A DNA stretch of 32,000 nucleotides from Akkermansia muciniphila ATCC BAA-835 (GTDB lineage Bacteria > Verrucomicrobiota > Verrucomicrobiia > Verrucomicrobiales > Akkermansiaceae): positions 480,001-512,000 of the forward strand of contig NC_010655.1 in NCBI RefSeq assembly GCF_000020225.1, read 5' to 3'. The notes beneath the pieces were generated by a model, which was not told where the DNA came from, did not search any database, and saw only the letters and a list, made by a program, of their open reading frames with translations. A program made the translations under genes and the position numbers. Positions 8,700-16,853 of the stretch are shown piece after piece. The number at the start of each line of letters is the position of its first letter. Within the stretch, counting starts at the first letter, position 1.

Positions 8700-9484
8700 G
8701 CTGTGGCTCCTTTCAAATCACGGGTAATGCGGGAGGACAATGCCGCCAAATCACTGCTGTTGATATCCCTGGGATGAGGGAAATCCACGAAATATTCCTC
8801 ACAGACGCGCCCCGGATGCGGAGTGAGCAACACCACGCGATCCCCCAGGCACACGGCCTCGCGCATATTATGCGTAACGAAAACAATCGTCATGCCGCAG
8901 CGTAAATGAATCTCCTGAATATCCTGATAAAGCTGTTCGCGGGTCATGGCGTCCAGGGCGGCAAAAGGCTCGTCCATCAGCAAAATGCGGGGGCTGGTAG
9001 CCAGGGCGCGGGCAAGCGCCACGCGCTGCTTCATTCCGCCGGAAAGTTCATGAATATGAGCATGGGCACACTCTTTCAGCCCCACCAGTTCCAGATTCTT
9101 CTCCGCCATGGCAAGCCGGTCTCCCCGAGTCAGTCCGGGCACCAGATTCAAGCCGAACATCACGTTCCCCATCACATCCAGCCACGGAAACAGGGCGGAC
9201 TCCTGGAACATCACAGTGCGGTCCCGTCCGGGTCCCGTCACAGGCTCCCCGTCCAGCTCCACCACCCCGGAAGAAGGAAACTCCAGCCCTGCAATGATAT
9301 TCAGCAGGGAAGTCTTCCCGCAGCCGCTGGCCCCCACCAGGCACACGAACTCGCCTCCTCTGATATTCAAATTAATGCCCTCCAGAGCCACCACCTTTCC
9401 GCGCCTCCCGTCAAACACCTTGCTCACGCCGGCAATACGGAGCTTGCAGCCTCCGGGGCCGCAATGTTCTGCACCCGCAATCAT
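8696..9484 (-). CDS. ABC transporter ATP-binding protein, NitT/TauT family
   Basis: Walker A GASGCGKTS, signature LSGGMKQRVALARAL and Walker B LLMDEPFAALD. ATGA overlap with the upstream binding-protein gene. Confidence 0.9.
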   Translation of the reverse strand: MIAGAEHCGPGGCKLRIAGVSKVFDGRRGKVVALEGINLNIRGGEFVCLVGASGCGKTSLLNIIAGLEFPSSGVVELDGEPVTGPGRDRTVMFQESALFPWLDVMGNVMFGLNLVPGLTRGDRLAMAEKNLELVGLKECAHAHIHELSGGMKQRVALARALATSPRILLMDEPFAALDAMTREQLYQDIQEIHLRCGMTIVFVTHNMREAVCLGDRVVLLTPHPGRVCEEYFVDFPHPRDINSSDLAALSSRITRDLKGATA

Positions 9485-10527
9485 CTTCCGCCCGCCTCCT
9501 TCGCCATGGTCAACTGTTCCTCCGCCGCCTCCGGCACCACCAGGCCGCCTATATCCGGAACCTCTTTCATAAATCCGGCCTGATGGGCGTCCTGCACAAA
9601 CTGCCGGAGCTTGGGAATGGAAATCCTGTCCTTGATGACAATGCTTTTCCAGGCCTCCGCAATCAATGCCGGGTCTATTCTGGAATGCGTCAGCTCCTCC
9701 AGCTCCCTGACCACGATTAACTGGGCCTCATCCGGATGCAGCCTTATCCATTCGTTCAGTTCCTCATGCGCCTGCACCAGGGCTTTCGCCACCTCCGGCT
9801 TTTCCCTGAGAAACTCCGCTCCGCATACCAGTACGGTCGCGATGGACTCCTTCTCGTCCACCAGCACCCTGCCTCCCGCCGTCAGCACCAGGCGGCTCAC
9901 CCAGGGTTCCACCGTCCACACGCCGTCCAGCTTGCCCTGCCGGAACAGGCTGAGCTGTTCGGGGTTGGGAGTCGGCAGAATCGTCACGTCCCCGCCGCGC
10001 TGCGTCACATGCAGGCCGCCGCGGGAAAACCAGGCGCGGGCGGAAACATCCTGCGTATTCCCCAGTTGGGGAGTAGCAATCACCTTGCCGCGGAAATCCG
10101 CAGGCTCCTTCAGCAAGGAATCCTTCGGAACCACCAGGGCGGCGCCTCCTTCCACAGCTCCGGCAATCATCCTGATATCCTCCCCGCGGGAACGCACAAA
10201 CGCATTGATGGCCGGGCTGGGCCCCACATAAGCCAGTTCAATGGACCGGGCGAACACGGCTTCCATGGCGCTGGGGCCCGCATTGTACACGTACCAGTTG
10301 ATCCTGACATCCTTTCCGGTAGCCTCCTTCAGCCGTTCTTCAAACCACCCCTTCCCCTGCCGGGAAAAATGATGCGCCACCAGGCCCTGCACATGTGTCA
10401 CGTTGGGAAAATGACCGAAGTTCAACTCCACGACATTGGGATCTTCCTTCTCCTTCTTTCCGCAGGAAACAGCCAGCAGGCATAAAAACAGGGCCGGTAA
10501 AATCATCAGGAATCTGGAACGGGTCAT
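9481..10527 (-). CDS. ABC transporter substrate-binding lipoprotein, NMT1/THI5-like (sulfonate/nitrate-type)
   Basis: Lipoprotein signal MTRSRFLMILPALFLCLLAVSC/GKK. The body resembles SsuA/NMT1-like periplasmic binding proteins, and it is the first gene of the three-gene operon. The track start at 10533 is a TTG, so I use the ATG at 10527. Confidence 0.8.
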   Translation of the reverse strand: MTRSRFLMILPALFLCLLAVSCGKKEKEDPNVVELNFGHFPNVTHVQGLVAHHFSRQGKGWFEERLKEATGKDVRINWYVYNAGPSAMEAVFARSIELAYVGPSPAINAFVRSRGEDIRMIAGAVEGGAALVVPKDSLLKEPADFRGKVIATPQLGNTQDVSARAWFSRGGLHVTQRGGDVTILPTPNPEQLSLFRQGKLDGVWTVEPWVSRLVLTAGGRVLVDEKESIATVLVCGAEFLREKPEVAKALVQAHEELNEWIRLHPDEAQLIVVRELEELTHSRIDPALIAEAWKSIVIKDRISIPKLRQFVQDAHQAGFMKEVPDIGGLVVPEAAEEQLTMAKEAGGR

Positions 10528-10678
10528 AAGCAAAAAGAATGGGATACTGAGGCACAGCCGTTTTTCCGCGGCCTTTCAGGCACCGACTAGCAGAAGAAGC
10601 CGCCGGAGGCAAGAAGCCAAAGGCAACAACTTTGTCACAATGTGGACAGCAAAAATGCCCGTTTTGTTGAAAAACAAT

Positions 10679-10701
10679 CCCGGTTCCGGATCTGAACCGG
10701 G
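10679..10701. other. Strong hairpin with T-rich flanks on both strands, in the divergent region upstream of the ABC operon
   Basis: CCCGGTTC-cggatct-GAACCGGG is a perfect 8-bp stem. The minus strand continues ATTGTTTTTC and the plus strand continues CTTTATTG. It lies about 150 nt upstream of the binding-protein ATG. The role is unknown: attenuator, insulator or the end of an sRNA. Confidence 0.3.
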
Positions 10702-10755
10702 CTTTATTGACAAACCTGCACGTTCCCGTTACAAAAGCACCATTCCCAACCCGCC

Positions 10756-11415
10756 ATGCAATCCTCCCCCGACCAGCCCTCATCCGGAGCATGGCTGGGC
10801 CTTCCTCCGGATGAAGAACGCCCGGTAAGCCGGGGCGCCAGGTACCGTTGCATCTTTCTGATGCTCCTGTACTGGGCCGTTCTTTCCGCCATTCCACAAG
10901 GCGCGGACCGCCTTGCAGAAATAGGAACAAATCTCCCTCTCTGGATGGGAGCCCTGGAACTGACTCCCTTCCTGCTGGTGCCGGCCTTCCTGTTCCTGGC
11001 GGTGCGAACAGGCGCCCAATGGAGGGCCTTGATGATAACCGTATATGCGGGCCTGTTCCTGAACCTGCTGATGAACATGGCGCTTCCCTCAGGCGCCATG
11101 TGGGGAGACCTTCCCGCAGCCGGCCCCTACGGTACGCTTGTCTGGCCCGGAGGGGACCACCGGGAATGGCTGGTCACGCTGCCCCGTTTTCCCCAATTCT
11201 GGGCTCTCGTCATCTATGTCTTCCTCTCCGGCAGCGGAACCCCGCCCCTGCTTCGCCTGCTGGCCCTGGCCTGGTGGTTCCTGCTTTGCGTGGCCCCCGT
11301 GAACACGGGCATGGTGGGGTATGCGGACATCCTAGGGCCTCTGGTCATCATCGCCCTCGTCCTCGGCTGCATGCACCTGGCGGAAAAAAGAGCCTCCCGG
11401 CAAAATGACCGCTAA
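10756..11415 (+). CDS. Hypothetical polytopic membrane protein (about 6 TM)
   Basis: 219-aa ATG ORF with repeated hydrophobic helices (LMLLYWAVLSAI, LTPFLLVPAFLFLAV, LMITVYAGLFLNLLMNMAL, FWALVIYVFLSG, LLALAWWFLLCVAPV, ILGPLVIIALVLGCM). No family assigned. An internal ATG at 10861 is a possible alternative start. Confidence 0.6.
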   Translation: MQSSPDQPSSGAWLGLPPDEERPVSRGARYRCIFLMLLYWAVLSAIPQGADRLAEIGTNLPLWMGALELTPFLLVPAFLFLAVRTGAQWRALMITVYAGLFLNLLMNMALPSGAMWGDLPAAGPYGTLVWPGGDHREWLVTLPRFPQFWALVIYVFLSGSGTPPLLRLLALAWWFLLCVAPVNTGMVGYADILGPLVIIALVLGCMHLAEKRASRQNDR

Positions 11416-11427
11416 CGGGACAAAATC

Positions 11428-11451
11428 GGCCGTTCTCCCCGGGGAGCGGCC
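11428..11451 (+). terminator. Hairpin after the membrane-protein gene (terminator candidate without a U-tract)
   Basis: GGCCG-tt-CTCC-ccgg-GGAG-CGGCC is a 9-bp stem with a 2-nt bulge, and its core CTCCCCGGGGAG is a perfect palindrome. It starts 13 nt after the stop. No T-run follows, so confidence is low. Confidence 0.25.
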
Positions 11452-12112
11452 ATTCCCGCCTCTGTCAGCCTTTCCTCCATCACTCCGCCGCTACGGATCC
11501 AGCCGGTGGAACATCCGGGAAGGCGCCGCGCCGATTCCTCGGATTCGTTTTTCCGGGAACACGCTCCTGAGTCAGTTCATTCATCATCCCTCCCCTGGCC
11601 TTTGACCCGGTTCCGGAAAAAATCCGTCTGAACTGGTAGACAAACTCTACAGGCGGCCGAACCTCACCGCGGAAACAATCCACCGCGCCGACCGGCAAAA
11701 AACGTGTCTGAACCTCCGTTTTACAATCTTAAAAAACAATGGTACTCAAAATCTTACAACCATTTTTCATTTTCCTGACGGATTCCCTATCCGAAGTCAA
11801 GTTTTGATTTTAAGGGCTAATAACTTGCGTTGGCATTCCCTTGAATATCAAAGAGGATTTTCATGGAATTAAAATCTGCAGGCGCTTTCTGATTTTAATG
11901 AAAATTTTGAAATTTTTATGGTATTGCAACCTGCGGTCAAATTTTACTAACTCTATTCCCATGAAACAGTTACATGCGGCAAAAGTTTATCATTACATGA
12001 CCGTAAAGATGTGTAACTTTCCTGAGTCAAACAGAATTTTCTTCGGTTTCAGCGCTATAGCGGATAGGGAATCCGCCAGAATCAGAACACCTTAGACAGG
12101 AGGTTGGACTTG

Positions 12113-13555
12113 ATGAATTTTAAAACTATCAGAAAAGTAGGGATTCCTGCGTTGCTGACCGGCACTTTTGTATTGTCGGCAGAAGATTCATCGGGTGCTC
12201 CCACTTATAAAGAAGCGACGATTGCAACTTTGACGGCCAGTCGGGCGAACCTCCAGATGAAAAGAACTTTCGCGGAACAGGAAAAGCTATTGACCGCCGA
12301 ACAAAAAAAATTGTGGAAAATATTTAAATCCAGTCCTCATTTTACTTCTATCTTACCTGAAATTAAATTAAACATGGATATTTCTGGAATTTATGAGTCC
12401 ACGGGTGGGATTTACATTCCATTTGCCCGTTGTGAGGATATCGCGGAAACCGACATTACCATCAAAGATCGTTACAGAAAATTTCCTTATAAATCGATTG
12501 TCTTTGATCCTGCGAACCGTGGGTATTATTCCGTTTGTGTCCACTATTTTATAAATAATGATTACATTTTACCAACCTATGATGTCCCTGATTTTATCAA
12601 ATACCATCATGACTGCTATTTTTACACCTCAAAGTCTGAACTAGATAAATTATCGGAACAAGAAAAGAAATATATTCAAACGCTGGACAAGGCATTAAAT
12701 ACTATTTACCATAGCATTTATGGGATTGGATACGCAAAAATTGATACTGATAAATTAAAAAAAGGCCACCTGGCTGCTTATCTTTATAATCATTACAGAC
12801 TTATTGGTGGAACGGAGTATATAGATAAAAGCTCACTCCCAAAAGTCCTATGCGCCAATGCTCGACAACAGAGGAAAAAAAACAAGGAAATAATGGCCTC
12901 GTGGAAGCGACATGTGAAGAAGTTGGAGACAACAACTCCTCGAGAAAGAAATAAAGGAGTAAGGCGCAAGTTTTCTCATTGGATAAAAGAGCGTTCTGAA
13001 TTAGAAACCTCTTTCTATGATATTTTGGGGTATCCGATTTCAGTATATGACCTTATAAAATCTTTTGCTGGAAATTTCTCTTCTTCCCACTATCATATCT
13101 GCGGCGGTTGCTTCGGGGAAATTTACTATTCTTCGGGATCAAGTTGCTTACCTGGATTCACTGGGATACCTTTCCCTGAAGACCTTTCAAAGGACTTTAA
13201 AGCGCTTAATGCGATACTTGACCATATTAGAGAACGACAAGCGATGAATCTTCACATCAGATGTTGGTCGCTTTCTAAAAGAATAAAATATTTGCTGAAT
13301 GAAAATTTGCCGCACGGAGGGACCAGACATGAAGCTTATCTGAACGGCTCCCCAGAATTCAGACAAATTTTAGAAGACAAAGTAAATACCGTCCTCCTAT
13401 ACAATAAGAGACTGTGTTTAAATGCAGATAGAATGACTAAAGAAATGCCTAAATGTATAGCCGATACCAGGGCATTGGATTCGTATATCAAAAAAAATTA
13501 TGCCCTGAAAGTGTCGGATCAAAATGCGGCCCAAGCTCAAAATCCCGGCAAATAA
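12113..13555 (+). CDS. Secreted Cys-rich hypothetical protein (480 aa), AT-rich orphan
   Basis: AGGAGG at 12098..12103, then 9 nt, then ATG at 12113. The track's TTG at 12104 abuts the SD and is unlikely. Sec signal peptide MNFKTIRKVGIPALLTGTFVLSA/ED. The frame is 480 codons long in roughly 35% G+C DNA. There are 10 Cys in the mature part and no recognisable catalytic motif. Confidence 0.75.
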   Translation: MNFKTIRKVGIPALLTGTFVLSAEDSSGAPTYKEATIATLTASRANLQMKRTFAEQEKLLTAEQKKLWKIFKSSPHFTSILPEIKLNMDISGIYESTGGIYIPFARCEDIAETDITIKDRYRKFPYKSIVFDPANRGYYSVCVHYFINNDYILPTYDVPDFIKYHHDCYFYTSKSELDKLSEQEKKYIQTLDKALNTIYHSIYGIGYAKIDTDKLKKGHLAAYLYNHYRLIGGTEYIDKSSLPKVLCANARQQRKKNKEIMASWKRHVKKLETTTPRERNKGVRRKFSHWIKERSELETSFYDILGYPISVYDLIKSFAGNFSSSHYHICGGCFGEIYYSSGSSCLPGFTGIPFPEDLSKDFKALNAILDHIRERQAMNLHIRCWSLSKRIKYLLNENLPHGGTRHEAYLNGSPEFRQILEDKVNTVLLYNKRLCLNADRMTKEMPKCIADTRALDSYIKKNYALKVSDQNAAQAQNPGK

Positions 13556-13687
13556 ACTGTAGGGGTGCGATGTACGGGAAAAAATTTACAATCAGGGAGA
13601 GCCATTGAATGAAAGCAGATCTGTTTGCCCACAGGAGGACAGCCAAGGGAAGGCATGTCATCAAGGGCAGCAAAAGAACGACCTCCC

Positions 13688-14030
13688 CTATTTCCCACGA
13701 TTGAAAAATCCGGAAATATCGAAATAGACGGACAGCTTCTTGCGTCCTGACCGTAACCAGGTCATAATATTTGCCTCCTTTCTTGACGAGTCCCTGTATG
13801 AGTACTTCGTAATCTCCGTACTTCTTTTTGAACCATTTCTATTCGGCAGGGACGCCGTCCATCGAACTTTTCGCCCCGACAATCACGACGGCCTTCTCAA
13901 AGCTGGAGCCGTCTCCACCCTGATAGGTAATGCGGACAGCCCTCTCTCCTTTTTCCAGCCGCTCGGGCATGGCTGTCTCTAAAGTTTTGGCACAGGAACA
14001 CTCATCATCCCAACCCGGCAGTCGGAACAA
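13688..14030 (-). pseudogene. Decayed small gene: in-frame TAG plus a frameshift splits one roughly 110-aa reading frame
   Basis: Minus-strand translation reads ...RAVRITYQGGDGSSFEKAVVIVGAKSSMDGVPAE-TAG-KWFKKKYGDYEVLIQGLVKKGGKYYDLVTV. A shift of frame near 13741..13752 is then needed to reach SGRKKLSVYFDISGFFNRGK*. The track ORFs 13839..14030 and 13688..13882 are the two fragments. There is no ATG start and no signal peptide at the 5' end. Confidence 0.45.
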
Positions 14031-14072
14031 GGGGAGGGCTGCCAGGCCAATCCTGAACAGCCATTCCCAAAC

Positions 14073-14579
14073 TCACAGCCTTGCCGCCACTTCCTCCAAC
14101 GTCTCCACACGGGCCGTGGCGAGGGTGGGGACATCTTCCGCAGAAAACAGGAAATTGCGGCCTACTCCGGCGGCAAGAGCCGCCCGGATGTCCCGCTCCC
14201 GGTCACCTACGGACACGCAGGCTTTCATATCCAGCCCATGCGCGGCGGCAGCCTTCAAAAACAGGCCGGGATTCGGTTTCCGGTCGGGATGTCCGTCATC
14301 CGCGCTGGGACAGTGAAACACACCTGCAATCTCCGCACCGGACGAACGGAACACCCCTCTCATATATTCCGTCAACCGCTCAAAGTCATCTTCAGAAAAC
14401 ATGCCGCGTCCTATGCCGGACTGGTTGGTCGCCACCAGCACCAGATACCCCTTCTCTTTAGCCTGGCGGCAAAGATTCAGAATTCCGGGAACCAGCCGGA
14501 AGTCCTCTATGCGGTGCACATACCCGCCATCCACATTAACCACGCCGTCCCTGTCCAGAAACAAAGCCTTACCCGCCAT
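14073..14579 (-). CDS. gmhB: D-glycero-beta-D-manno-heptose 1,7-bisphosphate 7-phosphatase (HAD family)
   Basis: HAD motifs FLDRDGVVN (DxDxV), VATNQSGIGRG, RKPNPG and VGDRERD. The ATG at 14579 (MAGKALFLDRDG) overlaps the gmhA 3' end by 11 nt. The longer track ORF is an upstream extension into gmhA. Confidence 0.85.
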   Translation of the reverse strand: MAGKALFLDRDGVVNVDGGYVHRIEDFRLVPGILNLCRQAKEKGYLVLVATNQSGIGRGMFSEDDFERLTEYMRGVFRSSGAEIAGVFHCPSADDGHPDRKPNPGLFLKAAAAHGLDMKACVSVGDRERDIRAALAAGVGRNFLFSAEDVPTLATARVETLEEVAARL

Positions 14580-15138
14580 ATATCTCCCGTTCAACCAGTT
14601 CGCAAACCAGATGCCCCACTGCAATGTGCATCTCCTGAATGTTGTTCGTGGCATCGGAAGGAACGGCAATGCAAAACTCCGCAACTTCTTTCATCTCTCC
14701 GCCTCCGCGGCCTGTCAAGGCCACCGTCCGGACGCCCATCCGGCGCGCCAGCTCCATCGCCAAAACGATGTTCCGGCTGTTGCCACTCGTGGAAAGCCCC
14801 ACCAGCAGATCTCCGGGACGGCCCACTCCCTCCAGCTGCCTGGAAAACACCGTCTCATAACCGTAATCATTGCCCACGGCGGTCAGGATGGAAGTATCCA
14901 CCGTCAGGGCCAGCGCATTCATGGCGGGGCGGTTCAGCTTGTAACGCCCCACCAATTCGGCGGCCAGGTGCTGGGAATCCGCAGCGGAGCCTCCGTTGCC
15001 GCAGAACATGATCTTATTCCCGGCCTTAAGGGTATCCGTACAAATGCGGGCAACCTGCTCAATATCCCCGGCCATGGAAGCCAGGGCTTTGAAATTGTCC
15101 GCTATCCCTAAAATCTGGTTCCTGATGTATTCGCTCAT
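14569..15138 (-). CDS. gmhA: Phosphoheptose isomerase (SIS domain)
   Basis: 189 aa with CGNGGSAADSQHLAAEL, LSTSGNSRNI and the QEMHIAVGH block typical of GmhA. 4-nt overlap with the hldE stop. Confidence 0.9.
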   Translation of the reverse strand: MSEYIRNQILGIADNFKALASMAGDIEQVARICTDTLKAGNKIMFCGNGGSAADSQHLAAELVGRYKLNRPAMNALALTVDTSILTAVGNDYGYETVFSRQLEGVGRPGDLLVGLSTSGNSRNIVLAMELARRMGVRTVALTGRGGGEMKEVAEFCIAVPSDATNNIQEMHIAVGHLVCELVEREIYGG

Positions 15139-16625
15139 TCCGGGCTGCTTTTCATGCGGTTGATGATATTGGTGGAGGAAAAGCCCTCCAGGCGGGGCAG
15201 TTCAAGAGCCTGCCCTCCATAAGATTTCACGAACTGTCCTTCCGGCCAGAATTCCAGGGGATACCCTTCTTTGGCAATCACGTCCGGACGCAGCTTCTCA
15301 ATCAGCGGCAGAGCCGTATCTTCATCAAACGGCACTACATAATCGACAAAATCCAGGGATGCCAGCAGCAGGGAACGCATCTCCTCATTATTAATCGGCC
15401 TGTCCTCGCCCTTCAGCCGCTTGATGGAGGCGTCCGTATTCAACCCTACGAAAAGCACGTCACACGCTTCACGCGCCTTCATAAAGGAATGCAGATGCCC
15501 CAGGTGGAGCAAATCAAAACAACCGTTTGTAAATCCAACCACCTTCTTCTCACGGCGGAAACGTTCCGCCAGCTCCGCCGCGGCCTCCGGCGTCAGGATA
15601 TTGTCGCGGTGACGCCAGGAGGGCGTCTGGATATCCTTCTCCTTCAACGCCTCCTTCAATTCCGTTCCGGTCACGCTGGCCGTTCCGAACTTGCCCACTA
15701 CGATGCCGGCGGCCACATTGGACACGACCAGAGCATCCGGCACTGCGGCTCCGGCGGCCAGCGCCGCGCCCAGACTGGCGAGGGAGGTATCACCCGCACC
15801 GGACACGTCAAAAACATCCCGGGCCTCCGTAGGAATGCAGACAAAATCGGAAGGGCTGGAGGAAGGAATGAAAATCATGCCGTGTTCGCTCAAAGTGACA
15901 ATCAGATTCTCAATGCCGAATTCGGAAAACAGCCTCTGCGCCCCCGCCACGGCATCCTGTTCCCACCCGTCCATGGCAGGATTGAGCGCCACGCCGGTAG
16001 CCTCCTGGAACTCCTTCATATTGGGTTTCACCAGCGTGGCCCCCCTATAGCGGGAATAATCCGCTCCCTTCGGGTCCACAATAACGGGCTTGCGCGCCGC
16101 ACGGCACCGGGCAATCACATCCGGGGCGGTTCGTCCCTCAAACAGGCCTTTCCCGTAATCGGACAAAAGGACAAGATCCGCCTCCGGCAAACAGGCATCC
16201 ACTCGTTCCAAAAAACGGGAAGCCAGCTCCGGCTCCATCCTCAGCGGCTGTTCCTGATCCGCTCTCAGCAAATGGTGCTTGCCCGCCACAAAACGGATCT
16301 TCACGGTCGTCTCATACCCCTCGCACTCCACCAGCTCCGGAACGCAGTGCGTCTCTTCCAGAAAACGCCTTACCTGCCGCCCATGGCCATCATCCCCGAC
16401 CACGCTGATAAAAGTGGTGCGGCATCCCAGCGCGCACAGATTGGACACGACATTGCCCGCGCCTCCCAGCATGCGCGTCTCCCGGTCCATCTTCATGATG
16501 GGAACCGGAGCCTCCGGCGAAATACGGCTGACGCTCCCATACAGGAACTTATCCAGCATCACGTCCCCGATGCAGAGAATCCGCACCCGGGAAAATCCGT
16601 CAATCAATGTATGCAGCCGGTTCAT
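15135..16625 (-). CDS. hldE: Bifunctional D-beta-D-heptose 7-phosphate kinase / D-beta-D-heptose 1-phosphate adenylyltransferase
   Basis: 496 aa. N-terminal PfkB-type kinase (GGAGNVVSNL, DVSGAGDT) fused to a C-terminal cytidylyltransferase-like domain (GFTNGCFDLLHLGHLHSF). Confidence 0.92.
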   Translation of the reverse strand: MNRLHTLIDGFSRVRILCIGDVMLDKFLYGSVSRISPEAPVPIMKMDRETRMLGGAGNVVSNLCALGCRTTFISVVGDDGHGRQVRRFLEETHCVPELVECEGYETTVKIRFVAGKHHLLRADQEQPLRMEPELASRFLERVDACLPEADLVLLSDYGKGLFEGRTAPDVIARCRAARKPVIVDPKGADYSRYRGATLVKPNMKEFQEATGVALNPAMDGWEQDAVAGAQRLFSEFGIENLIVTLSEHGMIFIPSSSPSDFVCIPTEARDVFDVSGAGDTSLASLGAALAAGAAVPDALVVSNVAAGIVVGKFGTASVTGTELKEALKEKDIQTPSWRHRDNILTPEAAAELAERFRREKKVVGFTNGCFDLLHLGHLHSFMKAREACDVLFVGLNTDASIKRLKGEDRPINNEEMRSLLLASLDFVDYVVPFDEDTALPLIEKLRPDVIAKEGYPLEFWPEGQFVKSYGGQALELPRLEGFSSTNIINRMKSSPE

Positions 16626-16853
16626 GGGAGACGTCTCTTTCTACCACGCCCCCTGTTATAAGGCAAGGACAGTTGAACCGCGCTCCGGAACCGGAAAACG
16701 GGGCAACGCGGCCGCTTCCCGCCGTTCCGGACGGCAGAACACTCATTCAGCGGCAAAAAATAGGTCAGTCATGATAAAAATCTTGACCTGTAAGCAGGAA
16801 AGCACTACCTATTGTCTCCCGTTCCCGGACGAATAGAAAAAGGAAAACAAATC

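Noticed and set aside
10528-10860. Looked for a TPP, SAM or cobalamin riboswitch upstream of the NMT1/THI5-like ABC operon
   Set aside because: No CTGAGA...ACCTGATCTGGATAATGCCAGCG-like TPP core, S-box core or B12 box is visible on the minus strand. Only a generic hairpin is present, and it is reported separately.
11405-11698. Small ORFs (66 aa +, 72 aa -) in the GC-rich 285-nt stretch between the membrane-protein gene and the AT-rich islet
   Set aside because: They have non-ATG or overlapping starts, a Pro/Arg/Gly-rich composition and no motifs. The stretch may be a gene remnant, but I cannot support a call.
13488-13673. 61-aa minus-strand ORF overlapping the 3' end of the 480-aa gene
   Set aside because: It is the stop-free continuation of the wrong frame of the decayed small gene (frame A after the frameshift point). 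It has no independent start signal and overlaps a strongly supported CDS.
15489-16661. 390-aa + ORF
   Set aside because: It is the antisense shadow of hldE, with an Arg/Gly/His/Gln-rich composition and no motifs.
16783-16811. TTGACC-17nt-TACCTA as an rpsU promoter
   Set aside because: The -35 is good, but the -10 matches TATAAT at only 2 of 6 positions. That is too weak to report as a feature.
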